Source of the DNA: Phoronis australis | Lineage: Eukaryota; Animalia; Phoronida | DNA length: 64,000 nt | Reading direction: 5' to 3' | Assembly (NCBI GenBank): GCA_002633005.1 | Contig: NMRA01000350.1 | Span: 69,642 to 133,641 of the forward strand | Part shown: one piece after another, positions 62,201-64,000 of the stretch | Position numbering within the stretch: the first letter of the stretch is position 1 | Layout: each line of letters opens with the position of its first letter | Position numbers and translations under genes: made by a program | The notes under the pieces: model-generated | Seen by the model: the letters and a program-made list of their open reading frames with translations, nothing else | Told to the model about the DNA's origin: nothing | Database searches by the model: none

Positions 62201-63866
62201 ACCTGTTGTTAGTTTTGTGGTGGAATCAAACTGGCGATAACAACGTGATGCAAATCGGGATTTCCTTTACTCTCAATTCTTATCTGCTTAAAGTTAATAA
62301 TGACGATGGATTAAGCTTAACAGGTTTATTGATTTAGAAAATTAATCATCGACCACAGGCGGCGTTAACTGCTAATAACGACAGGTGGGGCGCTTTAGTA
62401 CATTCAAGAACATGTTGAAAGCAGCTGTTGTCCTTAAAACTTATTTTGTAGATCAGATTCAGTCTGAAATAAGCCAAAATTCATGGAGTTCCTATTTTGG
62501 TCCTTAGAAAGCTGAATAAAAGTGAGGGCTGATTTGCTTGATCAAAAAAACGGGTCCCAACTCAAAACAAACCGATGCCATTCCCTGAACATGTACCGAG
62601 ACACCGAATGATTATGATAAAATGACATTTTGGGAAGACGTATTAACACTGCTAAAACCCCCGAAGATCCGGCGGGTCCGAACTCTGTTAGTTATTTCGG
62701 ATAGCGAGCGCATGCCACCAAGCGGCTCTGAAATAGGACGAGTTAAGTGTTTGTGTGTGTGTTGTACAGGAGGTCTCGGTAAGGCCCGCGGAATGGAATG
62801 GTTTACACTGGGATGTTATGGCATGGATATCCCAGGAAACCTTTCCTGAGTTTTGAGGTGTAAATCATTGATAAAGAAGCCGAGTCATAATTACTTTGAT
62901 TTACCAAAGGGTCGAATTCTGAATTCCTGTACACGTCTACATGCACCGTAAAGTAAATTCCACGTCAAGACCTACAAAATTTCGTAACGAAACTGGCTGA
63001 GGGCACGCGCATTGAAGCAGACAACTTTGGTAAAAAAATTCTTCGAATTCGGCCACACAGTCCGCTACCGCGCTGGTTCTTTCGGAAAGATACACCTCAA
63101 TTCACATTCACCAATTTAAAACACGGGATGAGTTTCGACAGTCTAAAGACATCACTAAAATACAAACATTTCGTAACTCACGTCTCTTTTTGTGCTTATC
63201 TTACTTTACTATTAGTTTTTAATGATTAATTAAAAGTTGGCAGGATTCTTTAGGAAACCTCATAACTCACGGCGGCCCTCGAGTGATTACCCATAATGCA
63301 CGAGCCAGTTGTCACTTATTATGGCGCCCACTTTACGTGGCAGTGCACCAGAAAAATCAAAAGTAAACTAAAATTCGTAGTAAAGTCAGTAAAGTTATAA
63401 ATATTATAAGTTGTGTTGAAGTGTTGAATGTTCATTATCTGAGCTAAATAAGCGTTAAAATCCGGTTTATACACTTTTTTAAACTAAAGTGTGCCTTTTA
63501 AAAGGGGGTAAGGTTTGTTTGGTACATGTATCCTTTCGGTTTTTACTAGTTTTCGAGATCGTACAGAGAACTATCTTGGAGTGACCATTTCTCATGGGGT
63601 CACGTACACTTACTCTATTCCAGAAGTGAGGGTGGCGCTGCGACCGCGTCCGTAACACGACCTTTTGCGTGTACGTAACAAAACAAAACAAAACAAAACA
63701 AAACATCAAAGTAATGACTAAAAACTATAGATCTATAACGCCTAACGGTATAACCGTAAGAATATCCGAAAAACCCGGCATATCCCAAGTTAATTGACAA
63801 GAAGCGTTCCGTTATACTTACCCTTTCTCCCTTTGGCCCCGTACACGTGCACCCTGTGGAACATTC
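28866..63866 (-). CDS. COL4A: Type IV collagen alpha chain (7S, Gly-X-Y helix, NC1); spliced, 5' end beyond the window
   Basis: 19 phase-compatible exons: 63822-63866, 58744-58878, 55860-55904, 54959-55084, 46976-47083, 46676-46729, 45701-45745, 45122-45202, 43241-43309, 42639-42867, 40694-40948, 40225-40365, 39640-39801, 38422-39474, 37700-38176, 36252-36464, 33866-34030, 31406-31692, 28866-29111 (3936 nt in total). NC1 has 12 Cys and HSQ, WDGYS and SYWL motifs. Paralog identity is not assignable. Confidence 0.95.
29683..30919. repeat. 618-bp near-identical tandem duplication (29683-30300 and 30302-30919); probable assembly duplicate
   Basis: Copies abut the single N at 30301 and differ by a few SNPs. 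Confidence 0.9.
31406..31692 (-). CDS. COL4A: Collagen IV NC1 middle exon
   Basis: [23 protein letters not shown]...SYWLST...PMMP...PYISRCSVC...HSQ...LWDGYSFVM. Confidence 0.95.
32173..33591 (+). mobile_element. Kolobok-like element (decayed copy) in a collagen intron
   Basis: TTAA-AGGAGAATGCCA...TGGCATTTTACT-TTAA; collinear homology to 48427-50128. Confidence 0.75.
33866..34030 (-). CDS. COL4A: Collagen IV helix/NC1 junction exon
   Basis: [42 protein letters not shown]...AHVQDLG. Confidence 0.93.
   Translation of the reverse strand, partial: EKKDQGVSPGRRLTSSRVTANQTALLSAHKVMQKCGMVTVSYILKMKAGRMFKI
34536..34869 (-). pseudogene. Decayed collagen pseudoexon (paralogous copy of the start of exon 38422-39474)
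   Basis: Gly-X-Y-like with several Gly-position substitutions. It is 334 bp with a phase-0 acceptor, incompatible with the flanking phase-1 exons. Confidence 0.75.
35941..36182 (-). mobile_element. tRNA-derived SINE with (TA)n tail and 12-bp TSD
   Basis: B-box GGTTCAAGTCC on the - strand; AGTTAATTCATA repeated at 35929-35940 and 36183-36194. Confidence 0.75.
36252..36464 (-). CDS. COL4A: Collagen IV Gly-X-Y exon (213 bp)
   Basis: [16 protein letters not shown]...GEPGLK; AG/GT borders, phase 1-1. Confidence 0.93.
37020..37170. mobile_element. Short MITE; related fragments at about 24720-24798 and 27078-27156
   Basis: ctaggacctcgctaaa...tttagcgaggtcgtag inverted arms; shared tttaaaatacacgRcaatatctcacg block. 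Confidence 0.5.
37700..38176 (-). CDS. COL4A: Collagen IV Gly-X-Y exon (477 bp)
   Basis: [10 protein letters not shown]...GPKGQI; AG/GT borders. Confidence 0.93.
38422..39474 (-). CDS. COL4A: Collagen IV large Gly-X-Y exon (1053 bp)
   Basis: [10 protein letters not shown]...GLPGEK; AG/GT borders, 351 codons. Confidence 0.93.
39640..39801 (-). CDS. COL4A: Collagen IV Gly-X-Y exon (162 bp)
   Basis: [12 protein letters not shown]...GVQGKP. Confidence 0.9.
40225..40365 (-). CDS. COL4A: Collagen IV Gly-X-Y exon (141 bp)
   Basis: [12 protein letters not shown]...GPPGSP. Confidence 0.9.
40694..40948 (-). CDS. COL4A: Collagen IV Gly-X-Y exon (255 bp)
   Basis: [10 protein letters not shown]...GKSLRGDPG...GQKGAR. 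Confidence 0.92.
41467..42140. repeat. Near-identical duplicate of 42142-42815, including a truncated collagen exon copy (41964-42140); probable assembly duplicate
   Basis: 674-bp tandem copies separated by the single N at 42141. Confidence 0.9.
42639..42867 (-). CDS. COL4A: Collagen IV Gly-X-Y exon (229 bp)
   Basis: [22 protein letters not shown]...GEPGV; phase 0 to 1. Confidence 0.92.
43241..43309 (-). CDS. COL4A: Collagen IV exon (69 bp)
   Basis: [23 protein letters not shown]. Confidence 0.9.
43841..44250. repeat. Compound satellite: (AGTAGCAGTAGTAGTAAC)x18, then (AGC)n-(GGC)n-(AGC)n
   Basis: Perfect 18-bp units at 43841-44164, embedded in a degenerate triplet-rich tract from about 43745 to 44850. 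Confidence 0.95.
45122..45202 (-). CDS. COL4A: Collagen IV exon carrying the long non-helical interruption after 7S
   Basis: gacag|[27 protein letters not shown]|gtgag; phase 0-0. Confidence 0.8.
45701..45745 (-). CDS. COL4A: Collagen IV exon (45 bp)
   Basis: [15 protein letters not shown]. Confidence 0.88.
46676..46729 (-). CDS. COL4A: Collagen IV exon (54 bp)
   Basis: [18 protein letters not shown]. Confidence 0.88.
46976..47083 (-). CDS. COL4A: Collagen IV 7S exon (108 bp)
   Basis: [10 protein letters not shown]...GIPGCNGKD. Confidence 0.9.
47354..47682 (+). repeat. ~115-bp direct repeat (about 47354-47469 and 47568-47682)
   Basis: ttcagcgaacgtctgccagaaaac...gaatgtgggcctgtta occurs twice. 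Confidence 0.85.
48427..50128 (+). mobile_element. Kolobok-like DNA transposon derivative carrying a THAP-domain fragment
   Basis: TTAA target site, TIR AGGAGAATGCCATCC / GGGTGGCATACTCCT; ORF 48590-48958 has the THAP signature (C..SFFRLP..W..RVCGRHF..SDF). Confidence 0.8.
54264..54420. mobile_element. hAT-type MITE with 8-bp TSD
   Basis: TIR CAGTGCTGT(G/A)GTGG; GTAACCTC duplicated at 54256-54263 and 54421-54428. Confidence 0.85.
54959..55084 (-). CDS. COL4A: Collagen IV exon (126 bp)
   Basis: [13 protein letters not shown]...GVDGER. Confidence 0.9.
55860..55904 (-). CDS. COL4A: Collagen IV exon (45 bp)
   Basis: [15 protein letters not shown]. Confidence 0.88.
58744..58878 (-). CDS. COL4A: Collagen IV exon (135 bp)
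   Basis: [13 protein letters not shown]...GADGEP. Confidence 0.9.
59847..60785 (+). mobile_element. Helentron/HINE-like non-autonomous repeat (same family as 750-1901)
   Basis: TTTTTATGCTCCC start, (GTCY)n-like tract, shared body sequence; the 3' end (CTAGTT) is uncertain. Confidence 0.6.
63678..63705. repeat. (CAAAA)n microsatellite
   Basis: Tandem caaaa units. Confidence 0.85.
63822..63866 (-). CDS. COL4A: Collagen IV N-terminal 7S Cys-rich exon
   Basis: tccag|[15 protein letters not shown]|gtaag; C-x3-C-x-C pattern of the 7S start. Confidence 0.88.
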
Positions 63867-64000
63867 CTGGAATGTAAGAGTCACAAGTCTCTTTATTGTG
63901 AGCTGTCGGATAAGTAACAACATGTTGCTATATAATATGGGAATTACTGACATTCGACAACCTCAATACAAGTACGTAGTTTTTCAGACCCCGGCGGCCA

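Overview
Intron-rich animal genomic DNA, most likely a marine invertebrate; the taxon cannot be fixed from the sequence. It holds two convergent spliced genes. On the + strand is a GH18 chitinase (9 exons resolved, 16050-23400) with an intact DxxDxDxE motif, a Thr-rich linker and a C-terminal CBM14 domain; its first exon is unresolved. On the - strand is a type IV collagen alpha chain (19 exons resolved, 63866 down to 28866, about 1310 codons; the signal-peptide exon lies beyond the window). The collagen is atypical: a mosaic alpha1/alpha2 NC1, RND changed to RTA in the chloride-switch motif, an apparently extended 7S region without the CNGT sequon, a shortened helix with many G-[V/I]-G imperfections, a 1053-bp exon and a decayed intronic exon copy. 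Three tandem near-duplications sit exactly at single-N joins and are probably assembly or haplotype artefacts. The rest is transposon debris: Kolobok/THAP elements, hAT and pogo remnants, MITEs, a tRNA-derived SINE, Helentron/HINE-like repeats and microsatellites. Most ORFs in the supplied track are spurious. All exon calls come from manual translation and splice-phase reading, with no database search.
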